Positions 20,271-28,661 are shown, numbered from the stretch's first letter. The stretch: DNA of 64,000 nt from an uncultured bacterium (GCA_937903035.1 CALCZP010000003.1:65156-129155); one strand, 5' to 3'. Numbers and translations are program-made. The notes: generated by a model not told the origin, from the letters alone.

Positions 20271-20771
20271 ATGAAAACTCGTAAACAACCCTTGCCCCCA
20301 AAAGCTCTGATACCGCCAGTATTAGTACATATTTGGAATAATTTATCTTATCTTCCTTGTCCCACATCGATTGAAAGATATATTGTTTTCACGGATGCAA
20401 TTTGTCGTGTATATAGAAATTATGCAAATATGATTTTTATGACATTGTATAAACCTATCCACCATACACAACAGATTGTTGGAGGAATTGAATACGAAAT
20501 GTCTTGGATCTTATCAACAACAAATGATATTACTACTGAGTGTAAAAAACACGTCCTTAGTAGAAGGTCTAAACGTATATTATTTCGTATGAGAAATAAA
20601 AATGAGCTCATTTGGGAAAAGTTTTACAAAAAATTTTTGGAACTTAAAACCGCAAATGAAGAACTGCTCTTTATCGAACATACGGATGTTCTGGCTCAAG
20701 AAATGCCGTACACAAAGAACTTCTCGGTTATTTTGCACCACTTCCAGCGGTACTCATTTCAGCGTAACTAA
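20271..20771 (+). CDS. AT-rich orphan hypothetical protein
   Basis: 166-aa ORF with upstream TATACT and a downstream hairpin. Confidence 0.55.
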   Translation: MKTRKQPLPPKALIPPVLVHIWNNLSYLPCPTSIERYIVFTDAICRVYRNYANMIFMTLYKPIHHTQQIVGGIEYEMSWILSTTNDITTECKKHVLSRRSKRILFRMRNKNELIWEKFYKKFLELKTANEELLFIEHTDVLAQEMPYTKNFSVILHHFQRYSFQRN

Positions 20772-20857
20772 CTTCCTTAACACCACCCTTCTTTATAAGG
20801 GTGGTTGTCTTTTTTTAGTTTTATGGTATTTTACCTGCAAAACTAAAACCCATTACA

Positions 20858-21088
20858 ATGAAAATGAAACAAAGCATATTGGTGAATATTCTCACCATAG
20901 TTGTAGTAGCTGGAGGCCTAATCCTCAGTGACTGGCATCCTAAAACAGGTATTTCTCTGGCCGTAGCTGGAGTGATACTCTTATTCTCATATAGAGGATA
21001 TCTTTTGCTCAAAAAGACCAAAAACACACCTTTTGTTCTGCACGACGAAGAGTGGCCCGAACATCATTCTGATCATGCTATTATGTAA
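20858..21088 (+). CDS. Small two-TM hypothetical protein
   Basis: Two hydrophobic segments; followed by the hairpin AAAGCTCCTC-TGAT-GAGGAGCTTT. Confidence 0.6.
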   Translation: MKMKQSILVNILTIVVVAGGLILSDWHPKTGISLAVAGVILLFSYRGYLLLKKTKNTPFVLHDEEWPEHHSDHAIM

Positions 21089-21121
21089 ATCCCTTAAAGC
21101 TCCTCTGATGAGGAGCTTTTC

Positions 21122-22627
21122 TTATTTCTTGACGCCATGTTTCACGTGAAGCTTTTTGACCTCGCCTTCATTGGCATCATCCTTCTTATCTCTCCCCTTC
21201 TCCCCCAGGATTTTGAGATCTTTGTCTTCGAGTTCATCCAGGTCTTTGACTCGCTCTGATAGAGTTTCGACGCTATTGATTGTCGGATCTTCGAGGACTT
21301 CTTCTAGAAGTGCATGAAGTATCCACCCCATCCGAGGGCCAGGTTTCATGTGTAACACCTTCATCAGATACCCCCCGTCTATTTTCAGTTGTGAAACTGA
21401 GATCGGATCACGGAGTGCTTCGTCGATCATGGCATGGTATTTGCGCAATCTGTAGGGAGCTTCTACTTTTTTCATACCTACACGATCACATTCACGGACT
21501 TGCATGAGTTCCCAAATATGCTCGGGTTTCACCTTTTGGATAATGCGACGTACTGCAGAGAGGGTGATTTGCTCAGTATCAGAGAAAAACATATGGTTTC
21601 GTACGAGTGTCACCACAAGCTCTTCTGTTTCACGTGGAACCCGGAGACGATCGAGGATCTTGCGGGTCATGCGTGCCCCTACGACTTCATGGCCAAAAAA
21701 CGTATATTTATCCTTGGATCGGTCATATCGACGCGTCGCAGGCTTGCCGATATCATGAAACAGTGCCGTGAGACGGATTTCACGTGAAAAGCTCTTGTCT
21801 GCAGCATGCTGGAGAGCGTGTAGCAAGTGCTGGTATACATCATAGATGTGAGCACCCTTTTGCTCACATCCAATACCCTCTTGGAGTTCAGGGATGAAAT
21901 GCTTGAGCAGTCCTGTCTTCTGGAGCAGGTCTATTCCCATTGCTGGGGCGTCAGAGTCAATGATTTTCATAAACTCATCCCGAATACGCTCAGCCGAGAT
22001 GCTTTTGATCAAGTCGGCGTTCTTTCCTATTGCATCAAGTGTTTCATGTGAAATACCAAACCCAAGGGTTGTGGAAAACCTCACCGCCCGAAGCATCCGC
22101 AATGCGTCCTCATTGAACCGTACATCAGCATAAAGGACACACCTGATAGATTTGTCCTTTATGTCCTTTATACCCTCATATGGGTCAATATAGGCGTTAG
22201 TAGAGGGATTCCAGGCGATTGCATTCATCGTAAAGTCGCGCCGCTCGAGGTCTTTACTGAGTTCTGTTTCATATGAAACACTGTCTGGACGGCGATTGTC
22301 ACTATACCCTCCTTCTGAACGGTATGTAGTGATTTGGACTTCCTCAGCTTTTATTTCACGTGAAACTTCCCTTTCAGTTGCTTCTGGTGCCATATCAATG
22401 ACAGTCACAGTTCCAAAAGTGTTTTCATAGACCGTTTTGCGATCAGCAAACACTTCTTGGATCTGATCCGGTGTGGCATTGGTCGTGATATCCCAATCCT
22501 TCGGAGTACGACCCGTAATAAGGTCTCGAACGCAGCCACCTACGAGGTATGCTTCAAATCCCCTGTCTTGGAGGGTTTGTGTTACATGTGAAACGAATGC
22601 GGGTACCTTGGAAGGTGAAATATGCAT
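21122..22627 (-). CDS. cca: CCA tRNA nucleotidyltransferase with HD domain
   Basis: YLVGGCVRD, DWDITT, DLERRDFTMNA, EDALRMLRAVRF, LFHDIGKP. Confidence 0.93.
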   Translation of the reverse strand: MHISPSKVPAFVSHVTQTLQDRGFEAYLVGGCVRDLITGRTPKDWDITTNATPDQIQEVFADRKTVYENTFGTVTVIDMAPEATEREVSREIKAEEVQITTYRSEGGYSDNRRPDSVSYETELSKDLERRDFTMNAIAWNPSTNAYIDPYEGIKDIKDKSIRCVLYADVRFNEDALRMLRAVRFSTTLGFGISHETLDAIGKNADLIKSISAERIRDEFMKIIDSDAPAMGIDLLQKTGLLKHFIPELQEGIGCEQKGAHIYDVYQHLLHALQHAADKSFSREIRLTALFHDIGKPATRRYDRSKDKYTFFGHEVVGARMTRKILDRLRVPRETEELVVTLVRNHMFFSDTEQITLSAVRRIIQKVKPEHIWELMQVRECDRVGMKKVEAPYRLRKYHAMIDEALRDPISVSQLKIDGGYLMKVLHMKPGPRMGWILHALLEEVLEDPTINSVETLSERVKDLDELEDKDLKILGEKGRDKKDDANEGEVKKLHVKHGVKK

Positions 22628-22645
22628 TTATATCGGTATTTATTG

Positions 22646-22717
22646 TGCACCTACCAGGACTCGAACCCAGAATAACGGTTCCGAAGACCGCTGTGATATC
22701 CATTTCACCATAGGTGC
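22646..22717 (-). tRNA. tRNA-Arg(TCG), CCA not encoded
   Basis: Acceptor GCACCTA/TAGGTGC, anticodon arm GCGGT-CTTCGGA-ACCGT, T-loop TTCGAGT. Confidence 0.93.
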
Positions 22718-22824
22718 GCTTGTAATACCATCGACTATACCACTGAATTGACAGAATATAAAGGGATAGTGATTGCAAAATACCGATTGATGGGTATAAT
22801 TATCAGCGCACCTTTTCACAACTT

Positions 22825-22895
22825 GCGGGTATGGTTTAGTGGTAGAATGCGTCCTTGCCAAGGACGAGACCAGGGTTCGATTCCCTGTACCCGCA
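22825..22895 (+). tRNA. tRNA-Gly(GCC), CCA not encoded
   Basis: Acceptor GCGGGTA/TACCCGC, anticodon arm CGTCC-TTGCCAA-GGACG, T-loop TTCGATT. Confidence 0.95.
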
Positions 22896-22898
22896 CAA

Positions 22899-22930
22899 CG
22901 TAAAAATCCCGAGCAATCGGGATTTTTACG
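22899..22930 (+). terminator. Intrinsic terminator after tRNA-Gly
   Basis: CGTAAAAATCCCGA-GCAA-TCGGGATTTTTACG. Confidence 0.8.
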
Positions 22931-23035
22931 TTGGTAGTGTTCGGACATACTTTTGTTCTTGATACAAGGACAATTTGGACAAAACTGTCTATTAGTGCGA
23001 AAGACATGTTCAAAAAGCTCATTTTTTGACAAAAG

Positions 23036-23044
23036 TGTGGATAA
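23036..23044 (-). promoter_or_regulatory. Consensus DnaA box (TTATCCACA)
   Basis: TGTGGATAA on +, followed by two further GGATAAAGG repeats. Confidence 0.4.
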
Positions 23045-23157
23045 AGGTGTGGGATAAAGGGATAAAGGACGACTGATAGATGGCTTTTAACATGTCTATT
23101 TGCTAAAATATCCTTAGTACTCAACAAATTCTGTCAACTAGTGTTATATTGTTTCAC

Positions 23158-23523
23158 GTGAAACACTTTACTTCAAAAACGCAACAAATAGGTCAAGAAG
23201 GAGAAGACCAGGCTCAGATGTTTCTCATGAAACAAGGATTTAGCATTGTTGAACGCAATGTAGCCAACAAGTACGGTGAAATCGATATTATTGCCAAAAA
23301 GAATGAAATTCACTACTTTTTTGAAGTAAAAGCTGGTATGCAGGGAAGCTGGTTTAATCCAGCTGAAAATCTCAGTAAAGCAAAGCTTCGAAAATTTATC
23401 ATCTCTGTTGAGCACTATTGTCTCACGTGTAACATTAGGGAATATCGAGTACAGGGGATTATTGTGCTTTTGCCGCGAGGAGAAAGTGGGGAAGTGAATG
23501 TAGAGATGATTGATCTGATCTGA
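23158..23523 (+). CDS. YraN family (UPF0102) PD-(D/E)XK nuclease-like protein
   Basis: GQEGEDQA...L...GFSIVERN...GEIDIIA...FFEVK. Start probably GTG 23158 (TATATT-N7-GTG). Confidence 0.88.
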   Translation: MKHFTSKTQQIGQEGEDQAQMFLMKQGFSIVERNVANKYGEIDIIAKKNEIHYFFEVKAGMQGSWFNPAENLSKAKLRKFIISVEHYCLTCNIREYRVQGIIVLLPRGESGEVNVEMIDLI

Positions 23524-23583
23524 GTCTTTATTTCTGTATCGCTTTCTGGTACTATGCTTTTGCTCTGTACAGTATGAGAAACA

Positions 23584-23694
23584 CCATATCGAGGTGTAGT
23601 ATATACGGCAGTCCACGGGATTGTGATTTGTACGATTCTATCGAATCATCAAATCGGGAATATCCTTGTTTTGGGAAACGCTTGTCGTATATGG
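23584..23694 (+). ncRNA. Candidate structured RNA / tRNA-Pro-derived element
   Basis: Closing stem CCATATCGA-GGTGT...ACGCT-TG-TCG-T-ATATGG with an internal hairpin; two blocks nearly match the adjacent tRNA-Pro. Confidence 0.4.
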
Positions 23695-23712
23695 CTTAAA
23701 AAGGAAATATCA

Positions 23713-23786
23713 CGGGGTGTAGTATATCGGTAGTATACTTGTTTTGGGAACAAGAGGGCAGGGTTCGATTCCCTGCACCCCGACCA
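23713..23786 (+). tRNA. tRNA-Pro(TGG), CCA encoded
   Basis: Acceptor CGGGGTG/CACCCCG-A-CCA, anticodon arm CTTGT-TTTGGGA-ACAAG. Confidence 0.95.
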
Positions 23787-23819
23787 TGATCGCGAAAGCG
23801 GTCACAATAGGAAAACCAC

Positions 23820-23890
23820 GCGGGATTAGTTTATCGGTAAAACATCAGTTTTCCAAACTGAGGTGAAGGGTTCGACTCCCTTATCCCGCA
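23820..23890 (+). tRNA. tRNA-Gly(TCC), CCA not encoded
   Basis: Acceptor GCGGGAT/ATCCCGC, anticodon arm TCAGT-TTTCCAA-ACTGA. Confidence 0.95.
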
Positions 23891-23937
23891 CAGATAGCAA
23901 AAATCCACTCGTTTGAGTGGATTTTTGCCTAATATCC

Positions 23938-24303
23938 TTATTTGGTAAGACCTTTGATCTTGTCGACGACTTCGTCGAGAGTGAAGCTAGACTTCACCAT
24001 GTAGTCAGCTGCGCCAGCACCAGTAGCTTTTTGCATATCAGCATCGTTTGAGAGATTGGAAAAAACAATCACCGGAATTGGCTTGGTCTTTGCATCTGCC
24101 TTCAGGGCTTCGAGTACTTTGAAGCTATCAAGATCAGGGAGCATAAGATCAAGGAGAATAATGTCAGGAAGCCCTGCTGCCATTGCTGTATCGATCTCTG
24201 CTTGGGTCATAGCAGTCGCTACTTCAAAGCCTTCTTTGGTAAATTTGGAGCTTTCAAGGCTCTTGAGAAATGCATCATCCTCGATAATCAGTACTTTTTT
24301 CAT
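23938..24303 (-). CDS. Single-domain response regulator (receiver only)
   Basis: VLIIEDD, PDIILLDLMLP, IPVIVFS, ADYMVK. Confidence 0.93.
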   Translation of the reverse strand: MKKVLIIEDDAFLKSLESSKFTKEGFEVATAMTQAEIDTAMAAGLPDIILLDLMLPDLDSFKVLEALKADAKTKPIPVIVFSNLSNDADMQKATGAGAADYMVKSSFTLDEVVDKIKGLTK

Positions 24304-24335
24304 ATAGGCAAGTATAGCGCGTTTATATGATAAAG

Positions 24336-25049
24336 CTAGACGAGGTGGGGAACTGTTGGAAGTGTGATCGTGAATATAGCTCCAACACCTTCGGTCCCAG
24401 TGAATGAGATAGTACCTTTGTGACGCTCAACAATCTGTTTGGTGGCATAGAGTCCAAGTCCTGTACCGATATGCTGGCTTGTGTTTGATGCCCTGAAGAA
24501 CTTTTGGAAAATGCGGTCTTGATCAGTTTGTGGAATCCCAATACCACTGTTTTGCACTGAAAAGGTTGCACTAGTCTGGTCTGAGGTAAGTGAAAGGGTA
24601 ACACCTGTTTCATTGCTGCCATATTTGATCGCATTTTCAATGAGATTGTCTATCACTACGCGTAGGCGTGCCTGGTCTGCCGATACCAATATTGGTTGGA
24701 CTGGTTCGGAAAATGAGAGATGTATATGCTTGTGACTCGCTGCACTTGCAAAGTCTTTGACTGCAGCAGTGATCATGTGGCCGAGGTTGCATGGCGCAAA
24801 GATGTACTGGACGTCAGCCGTGTCGTTCTTGATCACCGTCATCACATCATTTACAAGTGCAATGAGTCGTTCATTTGTGTCACAGGCGCGTTTGATGACA
24901 TCATGCTGTTCGGTGGTAAGAGTGCCGAAATCACCTTTCTCAAGCATATCAAAGAGCCATTTCATGGCAGAGAGGGAAGTGCGCATCTCGTGCGCGGTAA
25001 TAAGGAAGAAATCGTTCGTATCACCACTGCGTGGTTCAGGAGCATCCAT
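24336..25049 (-). CDS. Histidine kinase (HisKA + HATPase, no sensor domain)
   Basis: H-box TAHEMRTSL, N-box NLIENAIKY, NSGIGI, IFQKFFR, GTGLGL. Confidence 0.88.
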   Translation of the reverse strand: MDAPEPRSGDTNDFFLITAHEMRTSLSAMKWLFDMLEKGDFGTLTTEQHDVIKRACDTNERLIALVNDVMTVIKNDTADVQYIFAPCNLGHMITAAVKDFASAASHKHIHLSFSEPVQPILVSADQARLRVVIDNLIENAIKYGSNETGVTLSLTSDQTSATFSVQNSGIGIPQTDQDRIFQKFFRASNTSQHIGTGLGLYATKQIVERHKGTISFTGTEGVGAIFTITLPTVPHLV

Positions 25050-25121
25050 GTGTGTAAAGTATATCATTCAGACAAATAAAAAAGCCTCCGATGGATATCG
25101 GAGAGCTTTGAAGTTAATTTT

Positions 25122-25487
25122 TTATGCAGCAAATACCTGCTTGAATTTTGCATGATCTTTCATGCAGAGGATACCTTCTGGTGTGATGTCTGGGTTGCCA
25201 CCGATGTGTACCATTGATAGTTCTAATACACGTTTTTTAACAGCACTTTGAATCAATGGAATCACTTCAACGTTTGTGTTTTCATTAAATACCAGAAATG
25301 CTGGCTTTTTTGCTTTCACTTTTTCAGCAATTTCGTGTGGTTTTGCACCAGCATGAATGAAGGTTAATACTACACCATTATTTTTTTTCTCAGTGCCAAG
25401 ATACAAATCTTTAAGAAACTTTTCAAGGCTTGGAGCTGTCTTTGTACAGCATCCTGAAACAAACAGAATCGTCTTTTTTGTTGACAT
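25122..25487 (-). CDS. AT-rich orphan hypothetical protein
   Basis: ORF with its own upstream TTGACT...TACTAT promoter and a downstream hairpin; start uncertain. Confidence 0.6.
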   Translation of the reverse strand: MSTKKTILFVSGCCTKTAPSLEKFLKDLYLGTEKKNNGVVLTFIHAGAKPHEIAEKVKAKKPAFLVFNENTNVEVIPLIQSAVKKRVLELSMVHIGGNPDITPEGILCMKDHAKFKQVFAA

Positions 25488-25539
25488 AGTAGAAAGAGTT
25501 TTGATTTCCAAAAATAGTACTCCATTTGCTCAAAAAGTC

Positions 25540-25561
25540 AAATCCCCGCCAGAAGCGGGGA
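25540..25561. repeat. 22-bp hairpin AAATCCCCGCCAGAAGCGGGGA, copy 1 (terminator/REP-like)
   Basis: Identical copy at 31336-31357. Confidence 0.75.
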
Positions 25562-25566
25562 AATGA

Positions 25567-28284
25567 TTATGCAGTAGTCTGTGTATAGCGAGCCATGATT
25601 TCGGACTCGACTTCTTCGCGGGGTCTGCCGAACTTGAGATAGGAGAGCTCCTTGAGTTTATCAGCAAGATCAATGTTGCCCTTGGGAGGAAATGGAGTCT
25701 TTGAGTTGAATGGCTTTGCAGGTACGCCATTTACGAGCATTTTGACATAGCAGTTGAGGTTCTCGAGCTTGAGTACATCAGATGGGGTAAAGGTCGGTGC
25801 AAATGTCTTGGCAAAGATTTCTGCATTCTCTGGTGATACACGGTGTACGACCATCGTACCAACGTTACCAAATACAGCATTCTTGATATTGTCATCAAGC
25901 TGCTCAACATACTGGTGGGCAACGGTGAGGCCTAGACGGTACTTGCGGGCTTCAGAGAGAATGACTTCAATTGAATCAGTCGTAATGTTCTGGAACTCAT
26001 CGATGTAAAGGTAAAAATCATTGACTTTTTCTTTGCCAACAATATCAACACGAGAGAGTGCTGCCATGGTAATCTTGCCGACCAAGAGGAGGCCGATAAG
26101 GTGTGAGTTAATATCGCCGAGTCGACCCTTTGAGAGATTCACAAGGAGAATCTTTTTCTTGTCCATGATGTCACGGAAGTTGAGGACGCTTTTCTCCTGT
26201 GCAATCACCGGACGCATGATGTCGTTTGAAATAAAGACATCAAACTTGTTAGTGATGTAGGGGACGAAGTTTGCAAGTGCGCTCTCGCCGGTTGTTTTCT
26301 CTGCGCCTTCCCAGAATTGCTTGATGATCGGATTCTTGCACTTGGAGAGCTTGAGGGTACGGAATGCTTTGTCAGAAAGGACGCGGCCAATCTCAAGGAG
26401 CGTCATCCCACTCTCAGGGTCTTCCATGACGAGTCCTGCGGCGTTGCGGAAGTATTGCTCAAACATCGGACCACCAGCAACTTTCATATCAAAGAGCTTG
26501 TTGAAGATAGCGAGGAGTTCGTTGATGACGAAAATCTTTTGCTCAGGAAAACGCACATCGTACTCGAGCATATTGAGTCCCATGGGGCGTGCAGTGTATG
26601 CAGGATCAAAATAAATCACATCATCGATACGCTCGGGAGGGATGTTGGCGAGGATATGTTCAATGTCAGTACCATGTGGATCAATGAAGCAGACACCGTC
26701 ACCGTTTTTGATGTCCTGGATGATCATGTTCTTGAGAAAGACCGTCTTACCGGTACCGGTCTGTCCGATCACATAGGTGTGACGCACCCGATCTTCACGC
26801 CCAAAAAATACCTCACGCTCAGTACCACGATAGTTGTTGGTGCCAAGGCTAATACCGCTTGCTTCCATAGTGGCTGGAGCAGGGGCTTGTGCACCGGATG
26901 CTTCTTTCAGTTCACTTGCAACGACGAGACCTACCGGGAAGTGAAAGAGTGTTGCAAGTTCGTCGATGTTGAGTGAGAGTTGTTGGTTCTCATTCATACT
27001 ACGGAAGCTAAAGTCTCTCGCAAGTTGATTGATGTGTGATGCTGCTACATCGTGCCAGACGATACTATTTGAGCCGACAAGGGTGAACTGTTGAAATGAT
27101 GATTTGATGGTGTTGAGTACCATTTGTGCACGAGCAAGTGTTGCCCCAGTAGCGATAAGTCTAATACCTGCAGAAATGCTCTGACTACTGGTTTTCTTTT
27201 GTGCAAGCTCAATACCTCGACTATCAATTGGTTTATTTTCTTTATCTTCTTTGGGTTTTTCAAAAAAAGATAAGAGTCCTTTGCCGAGGCCTGAGACGAT
27301 ACCACGAGTCGCTTCTTCGTAGAGATCTTTTACGGTTTCTCCTCCCTTCTGTGCACCATCAATTACTGACTGATAGAGCTTGTTGTTGGTTGTTGTGTCG
27401 CTAGTGATGATTACTTGTATCGCTGCACCTTCACCATCTGCTTCAAGTTTGGATAGAGAGCTTACGAGTGCAGCAAGAGGGTCATGTTCAAAGTTAGTAT
27501 CAGTATTGAGGGGAAATATTGCTGGCTCTGCAAGTTGCGCATAGCTTCCTGCAATACCAACGCTTGTCGCAGAGAAAATATTGTAGTCATCCGTAACTTC
27601 CTCAATCGCGGCACTGCCGTAGTATGCATGCACGAGTTTCTCAAAAGTCTCGATATGGATGCGGGGTACTGATGCATAGAGTGCAATGTCTCGTCCATGG
27701 TGTGACACGGCAAGTTCAAGTACGTAGTAGTCACCTTTTAATGCATCAGACGCAGAGAGCATACCAGTATAAAACTGCTTCATTGCCTGTATGAAACTCT
27801 TGAAATTTCCTTTGTCTGTATCACTTGGAGCGGGAAGTGTCACCATAAAGAGTGAGTGTTCAAGTTCTCGCGCAAGGGTACTTGCTTCTTTGAGCCCCGG
27901 GATTGCACCAATCGTGTGTAAGTATTGGACTAAGAAACGGTGAAAGTCATCAGCAAGATGTGGGTCTTTCATCGCACTTACGATATCAAGTGCATTTTTA
28001 ATACCTTTGTCGATCATGAGGGCAAAGAGCTCCTCTATTTTTTGATCATGACTTTCAGGTTTGAGCTTGAGTACAATACGTTCTGCTTCATGTGCGGGTA
28101 GTGCATGTGTTTCGTGGATGAAGTCTTTGGCCTCGGCGCGCGCGTACTCCTCGATGGTTGCATGTGCTGCAGACTCAAGGTTTGCATGTGGTCGTGTCTG
28201 GAGAATATATTCTTTGTGTGCTTCGCTTCCAATATGAGCAATTTCTTGGGAAGGGGAAGTGAACTTTTCAGTGGTACTGAGCAT
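25567..28284 (-). CDS. VirD4/TraD-like type IV secretion coupling ATPase (HerA/FtsK superfamily)
   Basis: RHTYVIGQTGTGKT, CFIDPHG, LLVNLSKG, YIDEFQN, LSEARKY.L.LTVAHQ, FGNVGT. Start at TATACT-N6-ATG. Confidence 0.88.
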   Translation of the reverse strand: MLSTTEKFTSPSQEIAHIGSEAHKEYILQTRPHANLESAAHATIEEYARAEAKDFIHETHALPAHEAERIVLKLKPESHDQKIEELFALMIDKGIKNALDIVSAMKDPHLADDFHRFLVQYLHTIGAIPGLKEASTLARELEHSLFMVTLPAPSDTDKGNFKSFIQAMKQFYTGMLSASDALKGDYYVLELAVSHHGRDIALYASVPRIHIETFEKLVHAYYGSAAIEEVTDDYNIFSATSVGIAGSYAQLAEPAIFPLNTDTNFEHDPLAALVSSLSKLEADGEGAAIQVIITSDTTTNNKLYQSVIDGAQKGGETVKDLYEEATRGIVSGLGKGLLSFFEKPKEDKENKPIDSRGIELAQKKTSSQSISAGIRLIATGATLARAQMVLNTIKSSFQQFTLVGSNSIVWHDVAASHINQLARDFSFRSMNENQQLSLNIDELATLFHFPVGLVVASELKEASGAQAPAPATMEASGISLGTNNYRGTEREVFFGREDRVRHTYVIGQTGTGKTVFLKNMIIQDIKNGDGVCFIDPHGTDIEHILANIPPERIDDVIYFDPAYTARPMGLNMLEYDVRFPEQKIFVINELLAIFNKLFDMKVAGGPMFEQYFRNAAGLVMEDPESGMTLLEIGRVLSDKAFRTLKLSKCKNPIIKQFWEGAEKTTGESALANFVPYITNKFDVFISNDIMRPVIAQEKSVLNFRDIMDKKKILLVNLSKGRLGDINSHLIGLLLVGKITMAALSRVDIVGKEKVNDFYLYIDEFQNITTDSIEVILSEARKYRLGLTVAHQYVEQLDDNIKNAVFGNVGTMVVHRVSPENAEIFAKTFAPTFTPSDVLKLENLNCYVKMLVNGVPAKPFNSKTPFPPKGNIDLADKLKELSYLKFGRPREEVESEIMARYTQTTA

Positions 28285-28388
28285 GTATATAGTATACGTG
28301 CTTTCGTAGATCATCACCATATGAATAACAAAAAACACTCAGGATTATTACTGAGTGTTTTTATCTATAAAACGTTTGAGTAAACGGA

Positions 28389-28661
28389 TTATTTAACTGC
28401 GTCTTTCAAAGCTTTCGCAGGGCGGAACTTTGCAACACGAGTAGCGGCAACTTTGACTTGCTCACCAGTTTTTGGATTGCGAGCCATACGTGCAGCGCGA
28501 GGCTTCACTGAAAAGATACCGAGACCGGCAATTGAGACCTCACCACCTTTCTTTAAGGTCTTGGTAATTTCTTCAATAATACTTTCTACCACTTCTTCGG
28601 CCTGTACTTTAGTACCACCGATTTTGCCATGGACGAGTTCGGCGAGTGCTTGTTTGTTCAT
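28389..28661 (-). CDS. hup: DNA-binding protein HU
   Basis: MNKQAL...VSIAGLGIFSVKPRAARMARNPKTGE...FRPAKALKDAV. Confidence 0.95.
   Translation of the reverse strand: MNKQALAELVHGKIGGTKVQAEEVVESIIEEITKTLKKGGEVSIAGLGIFSVKPRAARMARNPKTGEQVKVAATRVAKFRPAKALKDAVK

Larger units (their letters stand above)
21138..23434. promoter_or_regulatory. Cluster of 11 parS-like sites (consensus TGTTTCACGTGAAACA)
   Basis: 16-mers start at 21138, 21342, 21626, 21776, 22040, 22265, 22352, 22580, 23150 (perfect), 23219 and 23419. Confidence 0.85.

Noticed and set aside
22640-23127. ORFs 22640-23032 and 22816-23127
   Set aside because: They overlap tRNA genes and a terminator and have no protein features.
23149-23157. 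TTG start giving YraN an MFHVKH N-terminus
   Set aside because: That peptide is the translation of the parS palindrome; the -10 spacing favours GTG 23158.
21138-23434. CRISPR array or REP cluster
   Set aside because: The repeats are 16-bp palindromes at irregular spacing inside intact genes and match parS; no cas genes.
26317-26976. 219-aa + strand ORF, and similar shadow ORFs at 3417-4052, 6044-6442 and 31401-31916
   Set aside because: Antisense to well-supported genes; the Val/Pro-rich ones simply mirror Thr/Gly repeats.
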